A stretch of DNA of 64,000 bases, from contig CAXXJJ010000004.1 of NCBI GenBank assembly GCA_963667015.2, forward strand, positions 1,216,001 to 1,280,000. Direction: 5' to 3'. Numbering within the stretch: position 1 is the stretch's first letter; each line of letters opens with the position of its first letter. The stretch comes from Desulfatiglandales bacterium. Lineage in GTDB: Bacteria > Desulfobacterota > DSM-4660 > Desulfatiglandales > HGW-15. The notes under the pieces are model-generated. The model ran no database searches. It saw only the letters and a program-made list of their open reading frames with translations, and had not been told where the DNA came from. Positions 40,818-50,293 of the stretch are shown here, piece after piece. The translations under genes were made by a program, and so were the position numbers.

Positions 40818-43130
40818 TCAGCCTTTCAGCACAAATTTAGGTTTCAGGATATTGACGATGGCCGGCAGAACCAGAATCCCCACCAGCATGTTCGACATCA
40901 TCAGTATCCCCAGCAAAATCCCCATCTCCGCCTGAAAACGAAGGGGTGAAAAATACCAGAAGACCACTCCGGCAGTCATCATTGTTGCAGTCATGAAGAC
41001 AGCTCTTCCTGAAGTAGTAACGCCCTTTACTACTGCCATGGACAGGTCCTTTTCGGCTTTATAGGTTTCCTTTATACGGCTTATAATATAAAGCCCGTAG
41101 TCCACTCCCAGTCCAATACCTAGAGATACGACCGGAAGTGTATTGATATTAAGGCCTATATTCCGGTAAACCATATAGGAAAACGCAAAGAAGTTAGCCA
41201 GGACCAATGAAAATACAAACATGAATCCGGCTGTAAATGAACGATAGGTTGCCGAACACAGGATAAATACAACCCCGAGAACCATAATAAGCAGTTGATG
41301 GTTTTTTTCGGCAATGACCTCATTGGCTGCGGCCAGTATTCCGCCCAGGCCGCCTGCAGGTTTCATGACAGCACTGCTCATTGTGTCTTTATTTTCCGAA
41401 ATGTAGCGCCTGATTCTGTCTATCACCTCTGCAAGAGTTTCTCCCTTGTGGTCCTTCAGGAAGATTCTCACATTGGCAGCACTCAGATTGGGCTCTGCCC
41501 ACTTGTCGAGATCTCCGGCACTTGCTCCCATTTTATAAAAGGAAAGCAGATCACTGATAGATCGCATGTCAGAAGGTATGGATTCGAATTTGGGATCATT
41601 GCCGTACACCAGCATTCTTATACTTTTAACAAGGTCGGCAAGCGAAATGGCGTGCCCCACATTAGGATCATCAATTATATATTGTTTGAGGGATTCCATA
41701 CCCCGCATAAGATCCGGCTGAGCAACCGCCGGATATGTAGCATCGGATTCAAAGACCACCCACATCTGGTCGACTCCAGGGAAACGGCTGTTAATATTAG
41801 CTGTATCCACATTATATGGAGAGTCCTGCCATACGATCGGGCTGCCGGGATTTGCATCTCCATATTTCAAATTCATGGAAGATAATATCCCGAATAAAAG
41901 AAGTATCCCTGCTATAATAAGGACTGTGTATCTTCCCCTGCCGAATGTCCACCCGGTCATGACCGACAGCGACCTTACAATATAGCCTTTTTCAATCTTC
42001 TTCTCTGCCGGCATTTTTACTTTTTTAAGTGAGGCGAAAAACATCGGCATAAAAACCAGAACAGCAAAAATTACACTGAGTGCCCATGCTGTTCCCAGGT
42101 AGGCAAGATTTTTGAGAATAGGCACCGGAGTCAGGCTGATAATGAAAAGGCCGGCTGCATCGGTTACTATCCCAAGTACTCCAGGGGGAAACATACCCGC
42201 GCCCGTAGCCTGTGCCGCCAGTTTTGTATCGCCGAGAACAGTATATTCCTCGATAAATCTCTCATACCACTGGACCGCATGACTTATTGCCCTGGCACTG
42301 AGAAGAAAGGGAATAACAACTATAAGGGGATCAAAATGGAATCCCCACATGGCGGAAAAGCCAAGACCCCAGATGCTGCTTAGAACGGCTGTTAGAAACG
42401 GAATCCACCAGAACCCGAATCCCTTCATATACATAAAGAGCATAACAAGGATCGCCAGCGTTGTTAAAACAAAGATAACAGCCATCTTTGGAACATAATG
42501 ATATATCCAGCCGTATAGCAGAGGCTGACCGCTGAGGTAGACTCTGTGATTGCCGTCTTCCTCTTTCGCCTTGATCTCCATAAATTTTTCAAACAGGAGG
42601 TTGAAATCGAGGCGTCCCTGATGAAAATTGGCATTTAGGATCAATGCCTTCTGGTCTCTTGAAACCAGTGTTCCGAAGGCCTGGCTGGTGAATACCTTTC
42701 TCCTGAGATCATTGATCTCTTCTATGGTTTCAGGGGGATCCTTCATGATCGGTTTAACAGATATGCCTTCAGGGGTTTCTTTTGCCACTGTTTCACGTGG
42801 GCTGGCCAGTGATGATATCCCAAAGTGATCGACACCCGGAATCAAATCGACTTCCATCTGTATCCTGTTCAGCTTTTTCAGAGTCTCAGTATTGAATACA
42901 GTCCCTTCCTTTACTTCAAGCATAAGGGATGCCTGATAGGCACTCCCGAAAAATTTACTGTATTTTTTATGAACCTGAACATATGGATGGTTGTGGGGAA
43001 AGAGATCAAGAAACTGGGTAAACATCTCCATGTGGACTATCTGTGATGCAAAAAAGCCGGTTATAACAGCCATTGCTACCAGGCCCAGTACCCTGAATCT
43101 TATTAGTAATTCTACCAAAACTTTATACAT
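40818..43130 (-). CDS. RND/MMPL-family transporter (DUF1302/DUF1329-associated type)
   Basis: Two repeats of TM + periplasmic domain + 5 TM; ARAISHAVQ, GIGLGVDYGLYI, FQAEMG. Confidence 0.88.
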   Translation of the reverse strand: MYKVLVELLIRFRVLGLVAMAVITGFFASQIVHMEMFTQFLDLFPHNHPYVQVHKKYSKFFGSAYQASLMLEVKEGTVFNTETLKKLNRIQMEVDLIPGVDHFGISSLASPRETVAKETPEGISVKPIMKDPPETIEEINDLRRKVFTSQAFGTLVSRDQKALILNANFHQGRLDFNLLFEKFMEIKAKEEDGNHRVYLSGQPLLYGWIYHYVPKMAVIFVLTTLAILVMLFMYMKGFGFWWIPFLTAVLSSIWGLGFSAMWGFHFDPLIVVIPFLLSARAISHAVQWYERFIEEYTVLGDTKLAAQATGAGMFPPGVLGIVTDAAGLFIISLTPVPILKNLAYLGTAWALSVIFAVLVFMPMFFASLKKVKMPAEKKIEKGYIVRSLSVMTGWTFGRGRYTVLIIAGILLLFGILSSMNLKYGDANPGSPIVWQDSPYNVDTANINSRFPGVDQMWVVFESDATYPAVAQPDLMRGMESLKQYIIDDPNVGHAISLADLVKSIRMLVYGNDPKFESIPSDMRSISDLLSFYKMGASAGDLDKWAEPNLSAANVRIFLKDHKGETLAEVIDRIRRYISENKDTMSSAVMKPAGGLGGILAAANEVIAEKNHQLLIMVLGVVFILCSATYRSFTAGFMFVFSLVLANFFAFSYMVYRNIGLNINTLPVVSLGIGLGVDYGLYIISRIKETYKAEKDLSMAVVKGVTTSGRAVFMTATMMTAGVVFWYFSPLRFQAEMGILLGILMMSNMLVGILVLPAIVNILKPKFVLKG

Positions 43131-43168
43131 GCGGTTGCTCCGATTAATTCAATGTTAACAGGTTAAGT

Positions 43169-44194
43169 TTATGACTCTGCCGGTTGATTATATGGCACCC
43201 ATTTAAGGCCGTTATCAGTGCTTATATAAATTTTCCCGCCGTCACCCACAGCAAATCCCCTGCCCTGACTGTCATAGGTCACCCCGCACAGCCATGTGAA
43301 ATGGTTAAGAGGACATACCGATTTCCAGGTATCACCTCCGTCATCTGTTGCATAAAAGCAGCCCCTGAGACCTACAGCAGTGGCGTGCATGTTGTCAGCA
43401 TATGCAACTTTCAGGAGTGTATCCTTTGCATCTGTATCTTTAAGGTTCCATGTAATACCGCCGTCAGATGTGGTGTAGATAGCACCTTCGATGCCTACTG
43501 CTATACCGTGCTGATCATCGCTGAAGTCAATGCCGAAGAGTTTTCTTCCCATTTCATCTTCAAGCTGCCTTGCCCAGTTTTTCCCTCCATCTTCGGTGTA
43601 AAGGACTGTCCCGAATTCGCCTGCAATCCATCCCTTTGTTGAATTGATGAAGCAGAGATCGTTTAGAATCATATCTTCGTCGAAAGGAAGTTTTATCCAG
43701 TTCTTCCCGCCATCTTCGGTATGAAGAATCAGGCCGTATGTTCCAACAATCCAGCCTTCATTTTCATTAATAAACTGAACCTTGAGAAGTTCCTGATCCG
43801 TGACAGGACTTGTCTGTGTTTCCCAGGTTTCGCCTCCATCACCGGTGCTGAGTATGGTTCCTGAATCTCCAACAATCCAGCCTTTCTTCTCATTAACAAA
43901 ATAAACACCCAGCAGAGACTTCTTTGTCCCGGCATCTTTTCTGTTCCAGTGAATGCCGTTATCCATGGAATAAAAAACAGATCCAAAATAGCCCACAGCC
44001 CACACCTTCTCCCCTCCTGCAGCCGAAACGTCATACAGTTTGTCTGTATATTTAATTACCTGAGGGCCGAATCCGCCGGCATGACCATTCTCCGGTTCTG
44101 AAGAGCCGGGATCTTTACATCCTGTCATGTACACAGTAAAAATCAGTGAGAGTACTAGAAGGTGTAATAAGTAAATCAATCTACTGGACATCAT
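43169..44194 (-). CDS. YCF48/BNR(Asp-box)-repeat lipoprotein
   Basis: Lipobox MTGC; seven repeats of GW.VG..G.I..T.DGG..W; start placed at ATG 44194. Confidence 0.88.
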   Translation of the reverse strand: MMSSRLIYLLHLLVLSLIFTVYMTGCKDPGSSEPENGHAGGFGPQVIKYTDKLYDVSAAGGEKVWAVGYFGSVFYSMDNGIHWNRKDAGTKKSLLGVYFVNEKKGWIVGDSGTILSTGDGGETWETQTSPVTDQELLKVQFINENEGWIVGTYGLILHTEDGGKNWIKLPFDEDMILNDLCFINSTKGWIAGEFGTVLYTEDGGKNWARQLEDEMGRKLFGIDFSDDQHGIAVGIEGAIYTTSDGGITWNLKDTDAKDTLLKVAYADNMHATAVGLRGCFYATDDGGDTWKSVCPLNHFTWLCGVTYDSQGRGFAVGDGGKIYISTDNGLKWVPYNQPAES

Positions 44195-44230
44195 TATTAA
44201 TTCTCCATTTTTAATATTCCCAATTGAACC

Positions 44231-44284
44231 GGCAGGTCTTTCTGCCATGCTCCCTGTCCTTAGAAAGGCATGGGGAGGCCTGCC
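44231..44284 (-). terminator. Imperfect hairpin just after the cyclase gene (terminator or mRNA-stabilising stem)
   Basis: GGCAGGTCT...AGGCCTGCC outer and CCATGC...GCATGG inner inverted repeats. Confidence 0.4.
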
Positions 44285-44289
44285 ACTTA

Positions 44290-45249
44290 CTATATTTCGC
44301 ATGCAGGGCCATACCCTGTGCCGCAGTAAGTGTAGGTTCTTTCCGGCACATCATTCAGTTCATCTTCATCAATCTCTGCCACGCAGCGGACCATGGCACC
44401 GTCACCCATGTACCAGCGGATAGGAAAACAGAAAAACCTGAAACGCTTGCCGGATACCTTGTCCAGGTTTCCGCCGAGGTTCTCGACGCCGACGATACCG
44501 TGACCCAGCATCTGCTTGTGACATGGTTCCCAGGTCCCTTCGCATCCGATTGCTTCCAGATCACCATATTTGGCATCATATGCTTCCTGGCCATGCAGTT
44601 TGATGTAGGCTGCTTTCTCGAACTCGGCATATGCCTCTTCACCGAACTGTTCGGCGTATTCTTCTGTGATGGGTTTTCCCGAGGCTCCGGGCAGATTCAT
44701 CTGTGGCGGGCCATTCTTGCCCATGGCCGTGTGGAGCGGGTGATCAAGGGCCTGCATATCCATGGCAACACACTTTACCTGGTGTTTTACAAACCACTTT
44801 CCGGCTTCTACTCCGGTACCACAGGAATAGTGATAGTATTCTTTGGAATCGTCGAATTTACGATGCATTCCGGTATTCAGGCAGACAACCATGCCCTTGA
44901 GTTCTTCCGGTTTGATGTTGGCACGCCTGCAGGCATCCTCGAGATGCTCGGGAAGGATCAGACCCCAGCGTTCGATCTCGATTTCTAGGCAGATGGCGTC
45001 TCCAGTGTAGGCGTCAACAGGCATTTCATGGGTGTAACGGGCTCTTTTGCCATTGAATTCGCGTTCCATAACGTGACGGGGTGCATCGGCATGAGTACCT
45101 GTGTGCTGCACACAATCGACTCTCTGGGTGAGGACTCCGCCCTTTGCCATGGTGTGCATGGAATCAATTACAGGTTTTACAAAATAAGGCCAGCGTGGGA
45201 TCTCCGCGCTAAATGGATGAGTCAAATCGATGAATACTTTCTTTCCCAT
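44290..45249 (-). CDS. Cyclase/kynurenine-formamidase-family metallohydrolase; probable dihydrophloroglucinol cyclohydrolase
   Basis: DLTHPF, HTGTHADAPRH (HxGTHxDxPxH), MDMQALD, HKQMLG.GI.GVEN, GDGAMVR; operon context. Confidence 0.75.
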   Translation of the reverse strand: MGKKVFIDLTHPFSAEIPRWPYFVKPVIDSMHTMAKGGVLTQRVDCVQHTGTHADAPRHVMEREFNGKRARYTHEMPVDAYTGDAICLEIEIERWGLILPEHLEDACRRANIKPEELKGMVVCLNTGMHRKFDDSKEYYHYSCGTGVEAGKWFVKHQVKCVAMDMQALDHPLHTAMGKNGPPQMNLPGASGKPITEEYAEQFGEEAYAEFEKAAYIKLHGQEAYDAKYGDLEAIGCEGTWEPCHKQMLGHGIVGVENLGGNLDKVSGKRFRFFCFPIRWYMGDGAMVRCVAEIDEDELNDVPERTYTYCGTGYGPACEI

Positions 45250-45305
45250 ACTAAATACCTCCTTGAATGTTATTATGTTTAATGAAACCTGTTAGGTAAT
45301 AATTG

Positions 45306-45635
45306 TTAATTCACACTCTCCCGGATTTTTTCAACGAGTTCGAATCCCATGGTTGTAGAAACACTGTGAAAAGAGATTTCCGGCAGCTCAACGGCCATAT
45401 CCATTATGGCCATAATTTTCCGAAATTCATCGGAAGCTATATATCGTTCAAGTTCAGGCATCGTTTCCCACTCCTCTATCAAAATGAGATCATCATCATC
45501 ATGGATATGCGATTGGAGCCTTGCCATTTTGCATCCCGGTTTTACGGATGTAGACCCGGCTACCGTATCAAAGATACTAATGACGTCTTTGCGATCTGAG
45601 GGGGAAACCTTTAATTTAATAACGAGGATTACCAT
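45306..45635 (-). CDS. ABM (antibiotic biosynthesis monooxygenase)-like protein
   Basis: KPGC, LIEEW...ELERYIASDEFR ferredoxin-like fold pattern. Confidence 0.75.
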   Translation of the reverse strand: MVILVIKLKVSPSDRKDVISIFDTVAGSTSVKPGCKMARLQSHIHDDDDLILIEEWETMPELERYIASDEFRKIMAIMDMAVELPEISFHSVSTTMGFELVEKIRESVN

Positions 45636-45757
45636 ATTATCAGCCTGTCACCTGAATAAGTTAATAATGGATAACGTCAACAAAATCAGAGATCCGGAAT
45701 GCCAGGATCTGGGTTTTATCTAAATATCGATGAAATCATTTTTTACTGGATATTAAA

Positions 45758-45903
45758 TACAATAAGCATGCCACTCTGGCATAAATAATTATTAAGGCTT
45801 AACATATTGATTTATTTGTTTTAATTAAGGTTCTAACAGTATTCTTCTCTAAATAAAAAAAGAAAACACTAGCGAAATATCGCTATATCTGCGATATTTC
45901 GCT
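45758..45903 (-). promoter_or_regulatory. Sigma54 promoter + IHF site + palindromic upstream activator sequence driving the minus-strand run
   Basis: Minus strand TGGCAT-GCTTA-TTGTA (45773-45758); AATCAATATGTTA = WATCAA-N4-TTR (45812-45800); perfect 13-bp inverted repeat AGCGAAATATCGC-N7-GCGATATTTCGCT (45871-45903). Confidence 0.75.
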
Positions 45904-45929
45904 TGTGATCAGCTTTCAGGAGGAATAAA

Positions 45930-47783
45930 ATGGATCAAAAATCGGGTAAAAAGGGCGGGACCGGAAAAACAAAGACCGGAGAAGTGAAATATTCAAAAGA
46001 CAGCAAAAAAAAGATTATGCTGGAAATTGAGAATGGTTTTCAGAATCTGATAGAAAATGCTGTAATTGGAATTGGACATACAAATAAAAATGGAGATTAT
46101 CTTTTTGCAAACAGGCGATTAGCCCATATATACGGATATAAAACAAAAGAGAGTTTCCTGAAATCCCGGCCTAATGTTACCCGGTTTATGTTAAATCCTG
46201 AAGAAAGAAAAAATATTCTTAAAAGAATGCAAACCAGCGGTTTTATCGACGGTGCTGAAATCCAGTGCAGACGAAGAGATGGCGCGATCATATGGATCAG
46301 TTTAAGCGCCAGAATTTCACGAGGAAAGTCGGGAGTAAATACATATGAAAGTTTCATAGTTGATATCTCCGATAAAAAAGCAGCCGCCATCGCCCTTCAG
46401 GTAAGCGAGAAGAGATTCAGGATGCTGGTAGAGCAGGCTGGAGATGCGTTCTTCATACACAATTACAACGGCAAAATACTGGATGTAAATCTTACAGCCT
46501 GTGAAATGCTCGGCTATTCCAAAGAAGAGTTTTTGCAGATGAGCATCTCTGATGTGGACATGGATATAGCGACAAAAGGACACAGGGGCAGATACTGGAA
46601 CCCTTTACAATCAGAAAAACATATAACCTTCGAAGGAATCCACAGACGGAAGGATGGAAGCACTTTCCCCGTGGAGGTCCGTTTAGGGCGAGTTGATCTT
46701 AAGGAAATGCCGCTGCTTCTGTCTCTCACAAGAGATGTTACAGAACGAAAAAAATCCGAAAATAAACTTAAAAAGGCATTTAAAGAAATAAATGATTTAA
46801 AAAATCAGCTTGAGGAAGAGAATATTTACCTCAGGAGAGAAGTTGAAACCAGGTACAGGCATAAAGAGATTATTGGTGAAAGCAGAGCCATTAAAAAGGT
46901 CCTGATGCAGGTAGAGAAGGTTGCAAAAGAGAATACCAACGTCCTTATTACTGGAGAGACAGGTACCGGGAAAGAGATCCTTGCCAGGGCCATACACAAT
47001 CTGAGCCCGAGAAATGTCCGTTCTATGATAACAGTAAATTGTGCTGCATTGCCGGGAAGTCTCATCGAGAGTGAATTGTTTGGCCGGGAAAAGGGAGCTT
47101 TTACAGGAGCCGCCTCCAGGCAGACAGGTCGATTTGAAGCAGCCGACAAATCGACAATCTTCCTGGATGAAATTGGAGACCTGCCAATGGAGCTCCAGGC
47201 AAAACTTTTGAGAGTACTTGAAAATGGCACTTTTGAAAGGCTTGGCAGCTCAAAAACAATTTCTGTGGATGTGCGTGTAATAGCCGCAACAAATCATAAT
47301 CTGGCCGAGCTTGTAAAGAAGGATGTATTCAGGAGAGATCTTTTCTATCGACTTAATGTCTTTCCTGTTGTGATCCCTCCGCTGAGAGACAGAAGAGAAG
47401 ACATCCCGCTCCTTGTGTGGGCCTTTGTGGAGGAGTTCTCACAGAGCATGGGTAAATCCATAAAAAATATACCGAAAAAAATCATGGATAAGTTACAGGA
47501 ATCCTATTGGCCCGGGAATGTAAGAGAGCTTAAAAATGTCATTGAACGGGGAATGATAATGAGCAGCGGCCCAACGCTCCGAATAGATCAGCAACAGAAT
47601 CTGGAAAATCAGACCAGCGAGAAAATGTCAATGGAGGATGTTGAGAGGGAACATATTAAACAGGTGCTTTTGTCAACAGGATGGAGGGTCAGCGGTAAAA
47701 CCGGGGCTGCCAGAATACTGGGTCTGAAAGACTCAACGCTAAGGTCACGGATGATAAAACTTGGAATAACCAGGCCATCATAA
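45930..47783 (+). CDS. Sigma54-dependent activator with two PAS domains (FhlA/NtrC family)
   Basis: Two PAS/PAC repeats, GETGTGKE, GAFTGA, FLDEIG, WPGNVREL, C-terminal HTH. Confidence 0.93.
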   Translation: MDQKSGKKGGTGKTKTGEVKYSKDSKKKIMLEIENGFQNLIENAVIGIGHTNKNGDYLFANRRLAHIYGYKTKESFLKSRPNVTRFMLNPEERKNILKRMQTSGFIDGAEIQCRRRDGAIIWISLSARISRGKSGVNTYESFIVDISDKKAAAIALQVSEKRFRMLVEQAGDAFFIHNYNGKILDVNLTACEMLGYSKEEFLQMSISDVDMDIATKGHRGRYWNPLQSEKHITFEGIHRRKDGSTFPVEVRLGRVDLKEMPLLLSLTRDVTERKKSENKLKKAFKEINDLKNQLEEENIYLRREVETRYRHKEIIGESRAIKKVLMQVEKVAKENTNVLITGETGTGKEILARAIHNLSPRNVRSMITVNCAALPGSLIESELFGREKGAFTGAASRQTGRFEAADKSTIFLDEIGDLPMELQAKLLRVLENGTFERLGSSKTISVDVRVIAATNHNLAELVKKDVFRRDLFYRLNVFPVVIPPLRDRREDIPLLVWAFVEEFSQSMGKSIKNIPKKIMDKLQESYWPGNVRELKNVIERGMIMSSGPTLRIDQQQNLENQTSEKMSMEDVEREHIKQVLLSTGWRVSGKTGAARILGLKDSTLRSRMIKLGITRPS

Positions 47784-47960
47784 CCGCATGGCTGAAGCTT
47801 ACATTAAATTGAAAGGAGGCGATCCATATGCTGTACGTTTTATTAATTCACTATTAGAATGGAAAAATACTTAAACCGCAATAAACACACACTTGGCGAA
47901 ACATCACACCCGGACTGGCTACCGGCATATTACAGCCAGAATATAATTAATGGGGCCTGT

Positions 47961-48161
47961 ATGAAAGTGAGATTAAAACCATTATCATCAGATAACCCAA
48001 AAGAGATAGTGGATATATTCAACTATTATGTCGAAAACGGTTTCGCAGCCTATGCAGAGAATAAATTACCATATGAGTTTTTTAAAAAGTTGCAGGAAAT
48101 GTGTCATGGTTATCCGGCTGTGATTGCCGAAGATAACAATGGTAAGGATACTCAGGAGTAG
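47961..48161 (+). pseudogene. Truncated GNAT acetyltransferase (phosphinothricin-acetyltransferase-like) N-terminus
   Basis: EIVDIFNYYVENGFAAY...GYPAVIAED then a stop after 66 aa; the acetyl-CoA-binding half is missing. Confidence 0.55.
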
Positions 48162-48168
48162 ATATTTG

Positions 48169-48342
48169 ATGAAAGAATTTAAATTTAAAAAAATGGATGC
48201 ATTTGCAACTGAAGATAAACATAGGTGAAATTGGAGATAGTCTCCCGATATCGGTAATAAATGCGGGGTTATTCACACTACTGATTCCAATAAAACCCTT
48301 AAAATCAATTCTTAATATTCCTTTGAGGCATTTCTGCTGCTA
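48169..48342 (+). pseudogene. PhzF-family gene remnant
   Basis: RBS + MKEFKFKKMDAFAT (PhzF N-terminus) joined out of frame to LPISVINAGLFTLLIPI (PhzF mid-region). Confidence 0.45.
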
Positions 48343-48579
48343 AAATCCGGAACAACCGTAACGGAATTTGGAGAGTAAAGGAACAATATATCGAGTTGAT
48401 CCCTGAGCCGAACAAGGCTATATTATTTAAATCCAGGCACGGATATGTGCCTCAATAACTAAGGGTAGCAGGGTTAAGCACCCCCTTCCACGCCTCTGCC
48501 AATTAGTCTTAGCAAAAGCTGAATCCCTGCAAACATGTAAGGAAATCTGCTGCGTAACATGCATACAAAAGGGATTTAA

Positions 48580-48969
48580 ATGCCATATGAAATAATATAT
48601 CTGGAGAAAGAAGGTGGAGTAATAACAAATTACTGGGGAACAATTACAGATAAGGACATTATTAAAAGCGGAGAGGAAAAATATTTATCCCTGGATAGAC
48701 TGAGCTTATATCGTTATGCAATTACTGACCTGAGCCGGGTTGAAGAATTCAATCTGACCTCAAAAGGCATTAAAAAAAATGCCGAAATCGCTATGAAGAT
48801 ATTTGCGAAAAAAAGTGACGTGATTGTGGCATTTGTACTACCCACTGAGGCGGAATACGGTATGGGAAGGATGTGGCAGGCATATGGAGACGGAGAAGAT
48901 AAATATTCCAAAATTTGCAGAACCCGCGCCGAAGCAGAGGAGTGGATTAGAATCAATCTAAAAATATAG
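48580..48969 (+). CDS. Hypothetical protein (SpoIIAA/STAS-like possible)
   Basis: 129-aa ORF with RBS; YGMGRMW and AEAEEWI motifs. Confidence 0.55.
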   Translation: MPYEIIYLEKEGGVITNYWGTITDKDIIKSGEEKYLSLDRLSLYRYAITDLSRVEEFNLTSKGIKKNAEIAMKIFAKKSDVIVAFVLPTEAEYGMGRMWQAYGDGEDKYSKICRTRAEAEEWIRINLKI

Positions 48970-49278
48970 TTCTTTTGAGCTGTGAGTCTTTAATAAAAGA
49001 AATCCAATGTAAATCATATTCTGATCAACATCCACAGCGCAGGCTCAATGGATTAGAGCCATTTGCAGGGCAAATTTTCTTGACACACAGGATTATCCCC
49101 CATATATTCAATAACTCAGAACAGGGAGATCTAATCCATCTGATAATAGAAATAAGTTGCTTATTTTCAGCTAATTTCCAATTATTTTAATTAAAAAAGG
49201 AAACCGGGTTTGCCCTTGGAAATCCTGTTTTTATTAATAATGACTACTAAACAAGAATATTAAGGGAGGTTTTTATAA

Positions 49279-50280
49279 ATGAATAAAAAAGAGCAGTTTT
49301 TGTCCGTGTTGAATAATGAACAACCCATGAAATGGATGGGTTACGGTTTTGACGCATTTCCTCAGATTATGTTTCACTGCGTAATAGACCCGATCTCAAT
49401 CTGGGATATCCTTCAGTTTTCCGGTGAAGCGGCTATTGACAACTGGGGAGGTACACTTCGACTGCTGCCCGGTGACCCCGGAATTATTCCGATTGTTAAT
49501 AAAGAAAATCAGGTAATTAAAGACATAACCAAATGGCGTGACTATGTAAAATTTCCCGAAATTCCGGATCTTGACTGGAGTGATGCAAAAAAGACAATCG
49601 ATGGAATAGACAGAGAGACAACACTGATCATGGTGCCCACCTTCCGCGGACTGTTTGAACGCGCTCACTGCCTGATGGTATTTGAAGAGTGTCTGATGAA
49701 CATGTATGGTGAACCTGAAGCCATGTATGAATTTTTTGGAGCCTACACAGACTGGAAACTTCAGGTGGTAGAACAGCTTATAGACAATCTCCAGCCGGAT
49801 GTTATCCACTCACATGATGACTGGGGTTCAAAGGACAACCTGCTTTTTTCACCGGATACATTCCGTGAACTGCTTAAACCTCATTACGCCCGTCTCTACA
49901 GCTACATAAAAAGCCGAGGCGTTCTTGTGCAGCATCATGCAGACTGTTACTGCCAGGGAATTGAAAAAGATATGGCGGAGATTGGCTGTGATATGTGGCA
50001 GGGAGCTATGGCCACAAATGATATACAGCTAATCAAGAAAAATACTGACTACAAAATGCTCATCATGGGCGGCCTGCAACAGCATGTCATAGACAGGGCT
50101 GATGCAACCGAGGAAGTTATCCGGGCCGAAGTCCGCAGGGCAATTGACGAATACGCACCGGGCGGTATGTTTGTTCCATGTATTCCAAGCCTTGAAACCA
50201 TTAACCCGCATGTAACACCAATCGTCATCGACGAATGTAATCGTTACGGTGCTGAATGGCTTGCAAAACAGCAGGGATAA
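49279..50280 (+). CDS. Second uroporphyrinogen decarboxylase / methyltransferase-family protein
   Basis: DNWGG, GLFERAH.LM.FEE.L, HDDWG, QHHADC, YAPGGMF; paralog of 36609-37637. Confidence 0.8.
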   Translation: MNKKEQFLSVLNNEQPMKWMGYGFDAFPQIMFHCVIDPISIWDILQFSGEAAIDNWGGTLRLLPGDPGIIPIVNKENQVIKDITKWRDYVKFPEIPDLDWSDAKKTIDGIDRETTLIMVPTFRGLFERAHCLMVFEECLMNMYGEPEAMYEFFGAYTDWKLQVVEQLIDNLQPDVIHSHDDWGSKDNLLFSPDTFRELLKPHYARLYSYIKSRGVLVQHHADCYCQGIEKDMAEIGCDMWQGAMATNDIQLIKKNTDYKMLIMGGLQQHVIDRADATEEVIRAEVRRAIDEYAPGGMFVPCIPSLETINPHVTPIVIDECNRYGAEWLAKQQG

Positions 50281-50293
50281 TTAAGTAATAACA

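Noticed and set aside
44224..44988. 254-aa + strand ORF and other long antisense ORFs (e.g. 30052-30672, 41295-41885, 62508-63008)
   Set aside because: Shadow frames opposite well-supported genes, with no recognisable motifs
48470..48505. Possible attR copy of the tmRNA 3' end (CGCCTCTGCCAATT vs CGCCTCCACCAAATT)
   Set aside because: The match is short and mismatched and no integrase is present; not distinguishable from chance
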